Of a stretch of DNA of 64,000 nt, positions 49,938-64,000 are shown one piece after another. A program made the position numbers and the translations under genes. Source of the stretch: Eledone cirrhosa (taxonomy: Eukaryota); the NCBI GenBank assembly GCA_964016885.1, contig CAXHJY010000011.1, positions 1 to 64,000 on the forward strand, written 5' to 3'. The notes under the pieces were generated by a model, which was given only the letters and a program-made list of their open reading frames with translations, did no database searches and was not told where the DNA came from. Position 1 is the first letter of the stretch, and every line of letters begins with the position of its first letter.

Positions 49938-50329
49938 ATGATGGAATATTTTATCGAACATATTTTGAAATATTAAGTAATACATTTTGAAACGTTAAGT
50001 TATTACCTTACAAATGAAATAATTAATAATTTTTGTAAATCCTTTGAAAATCTTCATTCCTTAATTGGGGCGTATTTCGCTAGAAATGCCGTCACTAAAG
50101 GTAGAAGTGTGCTTCCCCATCATGTGGCTTTTGGCTCAAGAACCCAACACACCACCTGGTCAAGGAATAGAACTTATGACCTTATGATCATCCTAACTAC
50201 TTGACCTCACACCACTTGGCCTCACACTACTTGACCACACACCATTTGGCCACAAACCTCTGCACAAGCCTTAAGTTTAATCGTGAATTTGACATTCTAA
50301 CCAACTGTCCAACACCCTAACTGAACCAC

Positions 50330-50620
50330 ACACCCCACACCACACCACACTAGACCACCACACCACACCACACCACACTAGACCACCACACCACACCGCA
50401 CTACACTAGACCACCACACCACACCACACCACACCACACTACACCACACCACACTACACCATACCACACCACACTAGACCACACCACACTACACCACACC
50501 ACAATACACCATACCACACTACACTACACACCACTACACCACACCACACTACACCACACTACACCACACCACACCACACTACACACCACTACACACCACC
50601 ACACCACTACACACCACAAC
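50330..50620. repeat. (CACAC/CACTA)n pentanucleotide repeat
   Basis: Seen directly. Confidence 0.9.
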
Positions 50621-50961
50621 TATAATCAACAGTCCATTACTCTAACCATTAAACTACACACTAAAACCCTGCCCATCCTTCCACATTATCTGACGTTCCA
50701 CCGTTCTGTAATCTACTAAGAAAGAGATAGACTATTCCCTTTTGTCCATATCTAATTTAATGTTGGTCATTGTAAATCTTGTCACTGGACATACTAGCCA
50801 TTATCTCTTACAGTGGTTCCTTCTAAAGAGAAACCTGAAAGACCGCTTTTTCTATCTTTCTCTGAGTCTTTGTAAAGGACAGATTGAAATTCTGAATTCT
50901 GTTCTTCCTGTGTGCGTGTTTCTTTGTAAACTACCGTGAAGGCCTTTGCACTCCCCCCACC

Positions 50962-51060
<99 letters not shown>

Positions 51061-51297
51061 GTCCCCGCTCTCTCTATCTATCTATCTATCTATGTATCTT
51101 TGTAAAGGACAGATTGAAATTCTATTCTTCCTGTATGTGTTTCTTTGTAAAGTACTTTGTACACTTCTGCACTTCCCCTGTGTGTGTCTGTGTGTATGTG
51201 TGTGTATGTGAAAGACACTGTAGAACTCTGCTCTTCCTCTGTGTGTGTCTGTCTGTGTCATTGTAAAAGACAATGTAGAAATCTGCGCTTTCTCTCT

Positions 51298-51339
<42 letters not shown>

Positions 51340-51773
51340 CACTGTAGAACTCTGCTCTTCCTCTGTGTGTGTGTGTGTGTATATATATATGTGTGTGTGT
51401 GTGTCGTTGTGAATGTCAATGTGTAACTCTGTTCCTTTTGTGAGTGTGTCGTTATGAAGAACGGTGTGGAATTCTGCAATTTATCTGTATGGCTTTGTAA
51501 AAGACAATGCGGTCCTTTAGTCTTTCTATCTTTCTATCTGTGTCTTTTATAAAGGACAAAATGGAATCGAAAGAAATCAGAGTTTCAAGACAATTTGAAA
51601 CAATGAATGAATAGAACATATTTCAAGTGATTCTTCCTTTCTTGAGATAACATGGTTTATGTTGCGGTGTGTAGTTAAAACAGTGAGAAATATAGCATAT
51701 TCTCACACACACGCGTGTATCTACGTGTATATGTGTGTGTGGGGGGGGGGGGTACATGTATATATAAATATGT

Positions 51774-51897
51774 GAAGGCGCGTGGCTGAGTGGTTAGAGA
51801 ACTGGATTCGCAATCGTGAGGTTGTGAGTTCGATTCCCGGACGGACCGGGAGATGTGTTATGTCCTTGAGTAAGACACTTTATTTCACGTTGCTCCT
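51774..51897 (+). mobile_element. SINE family 2
   Basis: TGGCTGAGTGG A-box, GAGTTCGATTCC B-box, CCTTGAGTAAGACACTT. Confidence 0.85.
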
Positions 51898-52014
51898 TCT
51901 ACCTGGAGTTACGACCGATAGATAGTATTAGCAACTGGAAAGACCAATGGAAACATAGTTTCATCGGTCCGATTTGACGAAAGTCGATATAATAAATATA
52001 TATATATATATACA

Positions 52015-52057
<43 letters not shown>

Positions 52058-52959
52058 GGGGGGGGGCTTTATAGCTGCCCTTTCAAGGAAATGTTCAACA
52101 TTTAATATGATATCCAAATAAACACCATATATATGGCTTTAATAATTATTATAGCGATGTTATATATATATACATATATATATATACACGTGAGTTTATG
52201 TTTACGACAGAATAAGTGCATGTGTATATATATATATACATATACATACTCTTTCATATATATATTTATATATATATATGTGTGAGTGTTTACCTACACA
52301 TAAATATAAATATTTAACTAAATCTAAATCATTGGTTTTAAATTCAATATATATGTCGGTGTGTGTATGTATATATCTATATATATGTATGTAAATATAT
52401 TTGTGTATGTATTGATTAATATATATATATATTTGTGTTTATGTGTGAGGTGGGCATGTGTGTGTGTGTTTGTGTGTGTGTGGTGTGTGTGTGTGTGTGT
52501 GGTGTGTGTGTGTGTGGTGTGTTATATAAGTGATCCTCATATATCTCAATAGCTGTCATTATTTCTAATTAATAAGGTAATCTATAATGGCATATATTAA
52601 TGACACACAGACATACGCACACATACACATATACACACATACACATATACAGACAGATCACAGAGACACACACAGGCGGATATACACATCAAAACACATA
52701 CACACATTACCAGACCCCCCCCCCCCCAGACACACACACATGCACTCATATACACACATATACATATACACACACATATACACACACATTACCAGACACA
52801 CGCACATAGACACACCCACCGACACACACACCCTCACGACCAGACCCACACTGAAATAACTACCTTCTCTTAGCTATCAATCAATCTATCAATATATTTA
52901 ACTACCCACTCCCCACATACTCTCACCCACACCATCTCCATATCTATCCACATGTAACC

Positions 52960-55445
<2,486 letters not shown>

Positions 55446-55571
55446 TGTATATATGCATGCTGCTGTACGTCTGTATACATATATGTATGTACGTATACAC
55501 ACATACTTACATTTAAGTAAGTGCCGTACTAAGAGTGAGAAATGAAATTTCGTTTTCATTTTATTTCAACT

Positions 55572-55603
<32 letters not shown>

Positions 55604-55680
55604 AATATATATATATTTTATATATATATTTATATATTTATAAATATATAAATATATAAATATATATAAATATATATATA

Positions 55681-55715
<35 letters not shown>

Positions 55716-55740
55716 GATATATATATATATATATATATAT

Positions 55741-55931
55741 ATAACGAAGGAAATGTGGTAAGGAACCAGGTGGACCATAACGCACCAAAGTACTCAATAC
55801 TTGAGGTAGTAGAGTGGGTAATAGGAACCAGTAGGACCCCGACAGCTGAGCTCAAGCCGTTTCGACGGCTAATTCAGAATTAGCCGTCGAAACGGCTTGA
55901 GCTCAGCTGTCGGGGTCCTACTGGTTCCTAT
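55741..55931 (-). mobile_element. Family B fold-back element, perfect 55-bp palindrome
   Basis: Arms 55821-55875 / 55877-55931 with a 1-nt spacer; tail 55741-55820; (TA)n on both sides. Confidence 0.9.
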
Positions 55932-55938
55932 ATATATC

Positions 55939-56155
<217 letters not shown>

Positions 56156-56258
56156 AATATATATATATAAATATATATATATATAAATATATATATGTGT
56201 GTGTGTGTGAAAAAGAATGAAGAATAACATGGTCAGCTGTACAACAGGGTTTATCTAC

Positions 56259-56369
56259 AGTATTAACAATTGTTTCATTAATCAGGTGAGTCTAAAAGCC
56301 GCTGATCGTTAGACGTTACGTCACTCGACCTTAATTACAGTGCATGCCCGATCAAATCATCAGAATATT
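56259..56369 (-). ncRNA. Complete minimal hammerhead motif with a large stem-II loop
   Basis: Minus strand TATT-CTGATGA-T-TTGATCGGG..(about 60 nt)..CCTGATTAA-T-GAAAC-AATT-GTT-AATA. Confidence 0.72.
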
Positions 56370-56518
56370 GGCCATATATATATATATATATGGGATATTC
56401 TGAAACTCCCATTAAGGGTGAAAGCAGCGATTCTTTGCTTAAACTTTAATCTATTATTTTAATATATATTTGCTGTATGGTTCTTATATATTTGATATAT
56501 ATTTATCCTTATACATAT

Positions 56519-56553
<35 letters not shown>

Positions 56554-56610
56554 GATATGTATATATGTATATATGTATATGTATATATGTATATATATTT
56601 ATATATATAC

Positions 56611-56662
<52 letters not shown>

Positions 56663-56683
56663 ACATGTATATATATATATACG

Positions 56684-56718
<35 letters not shown>

Positions 56719-56787
56719 ACATGTATATATATATATACGTATATATATATATATATATGTATTATATATGTATATATATATATATAC

Positions 56788-56831
<44 letters not shown>

Positions 56832-57183
56832 GCATATGTATAATAGGCAGAAAGGTCTGCTCATGCGCGAAGATGCTACAAAATAGCTGTAAATTAAGGG
56901 AAGTCCCTTAAAGACGCAGAAAGAAATTGTGTGTATATATGTATGAATATATATATACATACATGTATGTATCTATTTATCGATATATATATATATACAT
57001 GTCTATATATATACATATATATATATATATGTGTGTATATATATATATGTGTGTATATATATGTGTGTATATATATATATATATGTGTGTATATATATAT
57101 ATATGTGTATATATATAAATATATATATATATATGTGTATATATATATATATATGTGAGTGTATATATATAAATATATATATA

Positions 57184-57268
<85 letters not shown>

Positions 57269-57576
57269 ATATATATATATATGTATATACCCACATACAT
57301 ATATCTACACACATAATTAATTAGTCCCCTGATAATGAACTAAGCTACGTATTTTATCATGAGGGACATCATTAACGTGAAGAATTTTTCTTTCTAACTC
57401 TTTATCTCCCCCCCCCTCTCTCTCTCTCTCTCTCTCTTTCTCTTTCTATCTCACACACGCTCCTTCTCTCTAACTCTCACATATAGATATTAACCCACAC
57501 ATGCATATATACATATGTGTATATGTATGTATGTATACACACATTATACATATATTTATGTATCTCTCTCTCTCTC

Positions 57577-57642
<66 letters not shown>

Positions 57643-57728
57643 TCTCTTTTAGTAATTTTCGTACACATTCTATTCTCTTTGTTTCTTTTTAGTCTTTCTT
57701 CTTCCCTAAATCTCGCTCTCTCTCTCCC

Positions 57729-57760
<32 letters not shown>

Positions 57761-58060
57761 TAGATAGATAGATAAATAGATAGATATTGCTCCCTCTGTT
57801 TCTGTCTCTTACTCTCTCTCCCGTCCCTTTCTCTCAATCCCTCTCTCACTCTCTCTCTCCGTCTATCTCTGTCTCATTGTCTCACTCCCTCTCTTCACTC
57901 GGACTCTATCTTTCTTTCTCTCCCTTCACTCTCACTCTTCCTCAATGTCTCACTCCCTCTCTTCAATCTCTCTCTCCCTCTCTTCAGTCTCTCTCTCTCT
58001 ATTTAGTCTCTCTCTTTCTCTCTCTGTCTCCCCCTCTCTCTCTCTCACTCTCTCTCCTCA

Positions 58061-58820
58061 CTCTTGTCAGAAGAAACTGTCTCCAAATGATCCGGCTGGG
58101 TCCTCAAGTGTGATCAACCAAGCTCATGGTTGTTCTTCAACTATTTTGCTCGGAATCTACCCCTGGGCCCCTGCTGGTTGGTTTTGCCTGTAAAATCTGT
58201 CCAGCAATCCTTTCCTGAAACATTCTAACCACATGTCTGTAGTATCAGAGCTGTGATCTCTCAATCCAGAGATTCTTTCCTGAGACATTCTAAGCACATG
58301 TCTGTAGTATCAGAGCTGTGATCCCTCAATCCAGAGATTCTTTCCTGAGACATTCTAACCACATGTCTGTAGTATCAGAGCTGTGATCTCTCAATCCAGA
58401 GATTCTTTCCTGAGACATTCTAACCACATGTCTGTAGTATCAGAGCTGTGGTCCCTCAATCCAGAGATTCTTTCCTGAGACATTCTAACCACATGTCTGT
58501 AGTATCAGAGCTGTGATCCCTCAATCCAGAGATTCTTTCCTGAGACATTCTAAGCACATGTCTGTAGTATCAGAGCTGTGATCCCTCAATCCAGAGATTC
58601 TTTCCTGAGACATTCTAACCACATGTCTGTAGTATCAGAGCTGTGGTCCCTCAATCCAGAGATTCTTTCCTGAGACATTCTAACCACATGTCTGTAGTAT
58701 CAGAGCTGTGATCCCTCAATTCGGAGATTTAGCGGCTCTACCTGGAGTGACTCTCTGATCTCTGAACTACGCACTCTATCAAGTAACGATACTCCAAAGA
58801 CCCTTCCGAGGAACCCAAAA
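58061..58820 (-). mobile_element. RTE fragment hosting about 8 copies of the same 65-bp unit (58205-58725)
   Basis: Minus strand [38 protein letters not shown] followed by the array. Confidence 0.88.
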
Positions 58821-58821
58821 G

Positions 58822-58886
<65 letters not shown>

Positions 58887-58940
58887 ATCCCGGGTCCAAT
58901 CGGGGGTAACCACAATAAGTAAGGTGTTTAATAGTAGAAG

Positions 58941-58990
<50 letters not shown>

Positions 58991-59063
58991 TTATATATAT
59001 ATATATATATATACTTATATATATATATATATATATATATACTTATATATATATATATATATA

Positions 59064-59126
<63 letters not shown>

Positions 59127-59398
59127 GATTATATTCTACTCTGTGTTCTTCTTGTTTTAAGATGTAAAGTATGATACTTGAGGGAGATTGGGTTGCTACT
59201 TCTAGAGGTCCAAGTGGCCACATAGGAGTATTCTCTTTGGGGTTCAGTTATTAATCTGGTGTTGTAAATAGTAAAATTCTTCAGAAATGAAAAATAGAAA
59301 TATGTCAAAGTATTAAAATCTAATTTTAATACCTATCATTTTACCAGCAGAAAATGCCAAATATTTCTAGATTAATAAATAAACGTTTAATATGTACG

Positions 59399-59439
<41 letters not shown>

Positions 59440-59615
59440 TTGTGTGTATGTATGTGTGTGTGTGTTTCTGTGTGTATGTATGTATATGTGTGTGTGTGTG
59501 TGTGTGTCTGTGTTTATATATATGTACGTATGTATATATGCATGTATATTGGTATATATATATATGTATATATATACATACACACACATACACACCCACA
59601 AACACACACACACAA

Positions 59616-59664
<49 letters not shown>

Positions 59665-60059
59665 GAGAGAGATTGAGAGAGAGTTTGATAGCTAGATGCA
59701 CAGACAGACAGACAGACAGACAGATATGTGTGTGTGTATACATAATTTGATAGTTTTTTATTTTGTTTTTTAAATGATTTAGTTTTGCAGTAATTCGTGG
59801 CCAAACACTATATGTTTGGGCCCTTCCATCCGTGCCCAAACATATTTAGTGTTTGGTCACGGATGGAATGGCGCATTTTTTAGGCGTCTGTGATTGATCA
59901 AAAGGATAGTGTGCTATCGCAAGCAGGAAACATAGTCTGTACACATGTAACCCACTGTCCTCAGCTAAAGCAAGTGGGAAGGGTCTTGGGCGAGTGATTA
60001 GCGTGTTTGACTCCTAACCTTAATATTGCGGGATCAATTCCACTTTGTTTTCCGTGAAA

Positions 60060-60645
60060 GGAGTGAGAGCCTCTACCATCAAAGCACCCGAGAAACCTTC
60101 CATTGGATTCAACCTCGTAGAAAACTAACAAAACATGCGAAGGTATGAGCTGTAACAACATGAGTGGACTGGGGTTCCTATCATTAAAATACCCAAGAAA
60201 CCTTCGAAAAAAACCAACAAAATATTCAAAGGTGTGAGCTGTAAAAACATAATAGGATTGGGCCCTTATCTTTAAAACATGTTCTATGAAATACAAGCCT
60301 GTAAAAGGCCTGGTAAACCTACATAGGTGTGAGCTGTAACAACAACAACAACACTATGATAAAACCGAGGCTTCTATTAAAAGACAGGAGAAACGTTCTA
60401 TGAGATACAATCTTGTAGAAGACCAGCTAAACATATTTATGTGAGCCGTTGCAACAACATGAGCGGACTGGGGCTACTATCATTAAAGGACCAGAGAAAC
60501 CGTGTAGAAGACCAGCTAAACTTTCAAAGATGTGGGCTGTAACAACACATGACTAGGGCCCCTATCAATAAAATATTCAAAAAAACCTCTTATAAGATAC
60601 AACCTTGTAGGAGGTCAGCTAAACTTACATCAATGTAAGCTGTAC
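60060..60645 (+). repeat. Decayed tandem of a unit of about 100 bp related to the SINE family 2 tail
   Basis: Recurrent GTGAGCTGTAACAACA..GGACTGGG..CCTATCATTAAA..AGAAAC. Confidence 0.65.
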
Positions 60646-60984
60646 ATTTTATTTTCAATGACCAGGTGGTGGGGTTAAACCAGGTAACGGTTTAAGTTTA
60701 TCAACCAAGAAAAGGTTTCCAAATTAAGGCTACGATACGGGGTCTGTATTGGTATAGATTTATCAACGTGATAGTCATTACGTGGCGGCCTCGATCTACA
60801 TATAAAGGCACCCTCACCATTCACACAGGGGCTGTCATGATCAAAAGAAAATGGAAGGTATTTAAATATATAGTAATAGTTAAAATATTATAAGAATAAG
60901 AAAATGAAACTTCGAGAGGGAGGGTCGTGGTTGGAGCAAACAGATTAATAGATCTGATTGTTTAAGGTTTTGTTGGAGCAATAA

Positions 60985-62210
60985 CATCGCCACCACCAGC
61001 ACTACCTGCAGCAATGACATCATCAGCAGCAGCAATAGCATTACCATCACCAACACCAGCAATAGCACCAACATCACCAACAGCAGCACCAGCAGCAATG
61101 GCATCAACATCACCAACAGCAGCACCAGCAGTAATAGCACCAACATCACCAACAGCAGCACCAGCAGCAATAGCGCCAACATCACCACCAGCAGCACCAG
61201 CAGCAATAGCGCCAACATCACCACCAGCAGCACCACCAGCAGCAATAGCACCAACATCAGCACAGCAGCACCACCAGCAATAGCACCAACATCACCACCA
61301 GCAGCACCACCAGCAATAGCACCAGCAATAGCACCAACATCAGCACCACCAGCACCACCAGCAGCAATAGCACCAACATCAGCACCACCAGCAATAGCAC
61401 CAACATCACCACAAGCAGCACCACCAGCAATAGCACCAACATCACCACAAGCAGCACCACCAGCAGCACCACAGCAGCACCAACATCACCACCAGCAGCA
61501 CCACCAGCAGCACCACCAACATCAGCACCACCAGCACCACCAGCAGCACCACCAGCAGCACCACCAGCAGCACCACCAACATCAGCACCACCAGCACCAC
61601 CAGCAGCACCACCAGCAGCACCACCAGCAGCACCACCAGCAGCACCACCAGCAGCACCACCAGCAGCACCACCAGCAGCACCACCAACATCAGCACCACC
61701 AGCACCACCAGCAGCACCACCAGCAGCACCACCAGCAGCACCACCAGCAGCACCACCAGCAGCACCACCAGCAGCACCACCAGCAGCACCACCAGCAGCA
61801 CCAAACTGAGTGGCAAACCTTCAGGTTTCTACATGGTCTGCTAATGTAGCTACTTCTACTGCTAAAGCTGCAGATAGGAGGATAGGATTACTGCTTCAGT
61901 TGGTGGTGGTGCTGCTGCTGGTAGTGCTGCTGATGGTGGTGCTGCTGCTGGTAGTGCTGCTGCTGCTGGTGCTGCTGCTGGTGGTGCTGCTGCTGGTGGT
62001 GCTGCTGTTACAGCAGTAATACAGTTGAAACTCTCTATATTGAGATGTTATCAAAACAGAGTTAGATTTCACCATCACTCACCTTTTACGTAGAGGAGTT
62101 CAACAGGGAAAACTTGCCAAAAGGCCGCCACTGCCGCCACTGCTGCTGCTGCTGCTGCCACTGCTGCTGCTGCCACTGCTGCCACTGCTGCTCCTGCTGC
62201 CGCCTTCTGT
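60985..62210. repeat. CAG/CAC trinucleotide-rich tract followed by inverted CTG/GTG tracts
   Basis: (ACCAGCAGCACC)n at 60985-61803; (GGTGCTGCT)n at 61900-62010; GCT/GCC run at 62125-62205. Confidence 0.9.
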
Positions 62211-62211
62211 C

Positions 62212-62650
62212 TTAGTTCTTCTCTTATATTACTACAAAGAAACAGTTCCCAGCCTGTAGACCACAAACATATCTCTTATATCTAACACAGAAGTGGCTAT
62301 GGGCCCGTAGACCACACAGACCTCTCTTATATTGCTACAAAGAAGCAGTTCCCTGCCTGTGGGCCGCAAAAACTTTTCTTATTTTACCATATAGAAGCTG
62401 GTACTAGTCTGTAGACAACAAATATCTTATATTACTATATAGAAGCTGTTCCTAGCCTTGAAGCCGCAAAGATTTCTCTTATATTGCTGTATAGCAACAT
62501 ATCGCAGCCTCGAGGCCGCAAGAATCTCTTTTATATTGCTTTGTAGCAAGCTATCGCAGACTTGAGGCCACTAAGAATGAACTAATATTGATATAGGGTA
62601 GCATTTCCAACCCTGAGGCTGCAAAGGTTTCTCTTATATTGCTATAGAGC
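62212..62650 (+). repeat. Decayed minisatellite of about 60 bp, about 7 copies
   Basis: Recurrent TCTCTTATATTGCTA..AG..GCC..GGCCGCAA. Confidence 0.7.
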
Positions 62651-62769
62651 AGTGTATCTGAGCAAAGGCAGTACTTGGCAAGGGAGAATTCAGCTTACAT
62701 AGGGCCCTTAACAGAAATGTTCACAGCAGATGTTATATGTTATTTAAGGAAGCAACATATTAAATTTAA

Positions 62770-63066
62770 GATCCTATAAATATGGGGGAAGCTCTGTAAA
62801 CATCCCAGCCACCGACTTTGCTAATGACTACAGCAGAAGTCCGACCAGCTTTTGATTCAAGAATCAGGCTAGATCGATACAGATCGAACTTTGAGCTGCT
62901 CAGTAGTGAAACGCGTCACAACTCAATAAACGTAATGAAGACATAACAAATCGTCCTTTTATTATTATATTTACACTCTGTTTAAGTCTACACCTCTTTA
63001 AAGACGGGAAACTACACATCCAGGGCTCACTCGGGTGAACCTACAGTAACTAGACGTTACATTCCC

Positions 63067-63067
<1 letters not shown>
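62770..63067 (+). mobile_element. Penelope-like pLTR: TATA box, hammerhead motif, AATAAA, tail into (TA)n
   Basis: CTATAAATA (62774); TTG-CT(A)ATGA-CTAC.AGCAG...CTGCT.GTAG-T-GAAAC-GC-GTC-ACAA (62817-62921); AATAAA at 62925. Confidence 0.65.
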
Positions 63068-63120
<53 letters not shown>

Positions 63121-63145
63121 TAGATATATATAGATATAGATATAG

Positions 63146-63184
<39 letters not shown>

Positions 63185-63188
<4 letters not shown>

Positions 63189-63359
63189 GATGAGATTCTA
63201 CAGGACTAGAACTGTTTCATTCATTAGAAATCATCAGGAATCTCTAATGAATGAAACAGTTCTAGTCCTGTAGAATCTCATCTATATTAAAACTTTTATA
63301 CTCTGCTATGTATTGAGTACCTTACTTACTGTGGTTACCTCCGATTCAACCCGGAATAA
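63185..63359 (+). mobile_element. Family A fold-back element
   Basis: Inverted arms 63185-63228 / 63243-63286 plus tail; (TA)n on both sides. Confidence 0.85.
63192..63244 (-). ncRNA. Complete type-I hammerhead ribozyme motif, family A
   Basis: Minus strand GAGATTC-CTGATGA-T-TTC taat GAA-T-GAAA-CAG ttctagtc CTG-TA-GAATCTC: 7-bp stem I, intact core, GUA triplet. Confidence 0.82.
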
Positions 63360-63652
63360 CGTATATATACATACATATATATATATATATACATACATAT
63401 ATATATACATACATATATATACATATATATATATACATACATATATATACATATATACATATATACATACATATATATACATATATATATACATACATAT
63501 ATATACATATATATATACATACATATATATACATATATATATACATACATATATATATACATATATAGATATAGATATATACTTTCTGTTATGTATTAAA
63601 CTATATTTTATTCATATATCTATACATACATGCATAAAAACATACAGACACC

Positions 63653-63691
<39 letters not shown>

Positions 63692-63819
63692 AATATGTGT
63701 GTGTGTGTGTGTGTATGAATGTGTGAAGTTATTCGAATGAAGGTGTCCTTCGTATATGTTGGTATGAACAGTATTAGAGGTTACGTTAGATTTTTGCTAT
63801 ATATTTAATTAAGGAACCA

Positions 63820-63900
63820 TACCGCACTTTCGGCGTATAAGTCTTACGTCAATTTTACGTCAGTGCGCGTCCCCGTCTTATATAACGGAGATATGACTAA
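63820..63900. mobile_element. Decayed pogo-like MITE
   Basis: TACCGCACTTTCGGCGTATAAG ... CTTATATAACGGAGATATG; a similar end TACCGTATTTCCCGGCG lies at 42633. Confidence 0.4.
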
Positions 63901-64000
63901 AAGAGCAGTAATAATGTAATTATAATTTATTACACAAGGCTAGTAATTATAGGGGAAGGCAAACATTTCATTCTAGCGACCCGAATATTCCACTGGTATT

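Noticed and set aside
57322-57370. Hammerhead at GTCCCCTGATAA..GGGAC
   Set aside because: Core is mutated and no GAAA/stem III can be placed
61014-61283. Mucin-like Ala/Pro/Thr/Ser exon
   Set aside because: Lies within a trinucleotide-derived tract with frameshifts and no convincing splice context

Overview
This is extremely AT-rich animal DNA with no recognisable host gene. The SINE families and (TA)n/(CA)n/(GA)n landscape suggest a cephalopod (Octopus-like) intron or intergenic region; that assignment is inference. Roughly half the window is microsatellite, and nearly all ORFs in the supplied track are translations of it. The islands between microsatellites hold about 18 copies of one tRNA-derived SINE, several copies of a second, decayed non-LTR fragments (CR1-like, five RTE-like, one CRE-like REL-endonuclease, one possible L1/Tx1), small DNA-transposon MITEs and several minisatellites. 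The main finding is about 25 short (about 50-350 bp) non-coding elements from at least 8 unrelated families, mostly in or beside (TA)n. They carry complete or partial type-I hammerhead ribozyme cores (CTGANGA...GAAA...NUH). Many are head-to-head fold-back palindromes, several with the apex at or near ribozyme stem II. They look like Penelope-like pseudo-LTR ends or retrozyme-like units. Also notable are a 65-bp satellite born from RTE coding sequence and shared by two divergent inverted host copies, and a near-perfect 406-bp inverted duplication. All alignments and folds were done by eye; coordinates may be off by a few bases.
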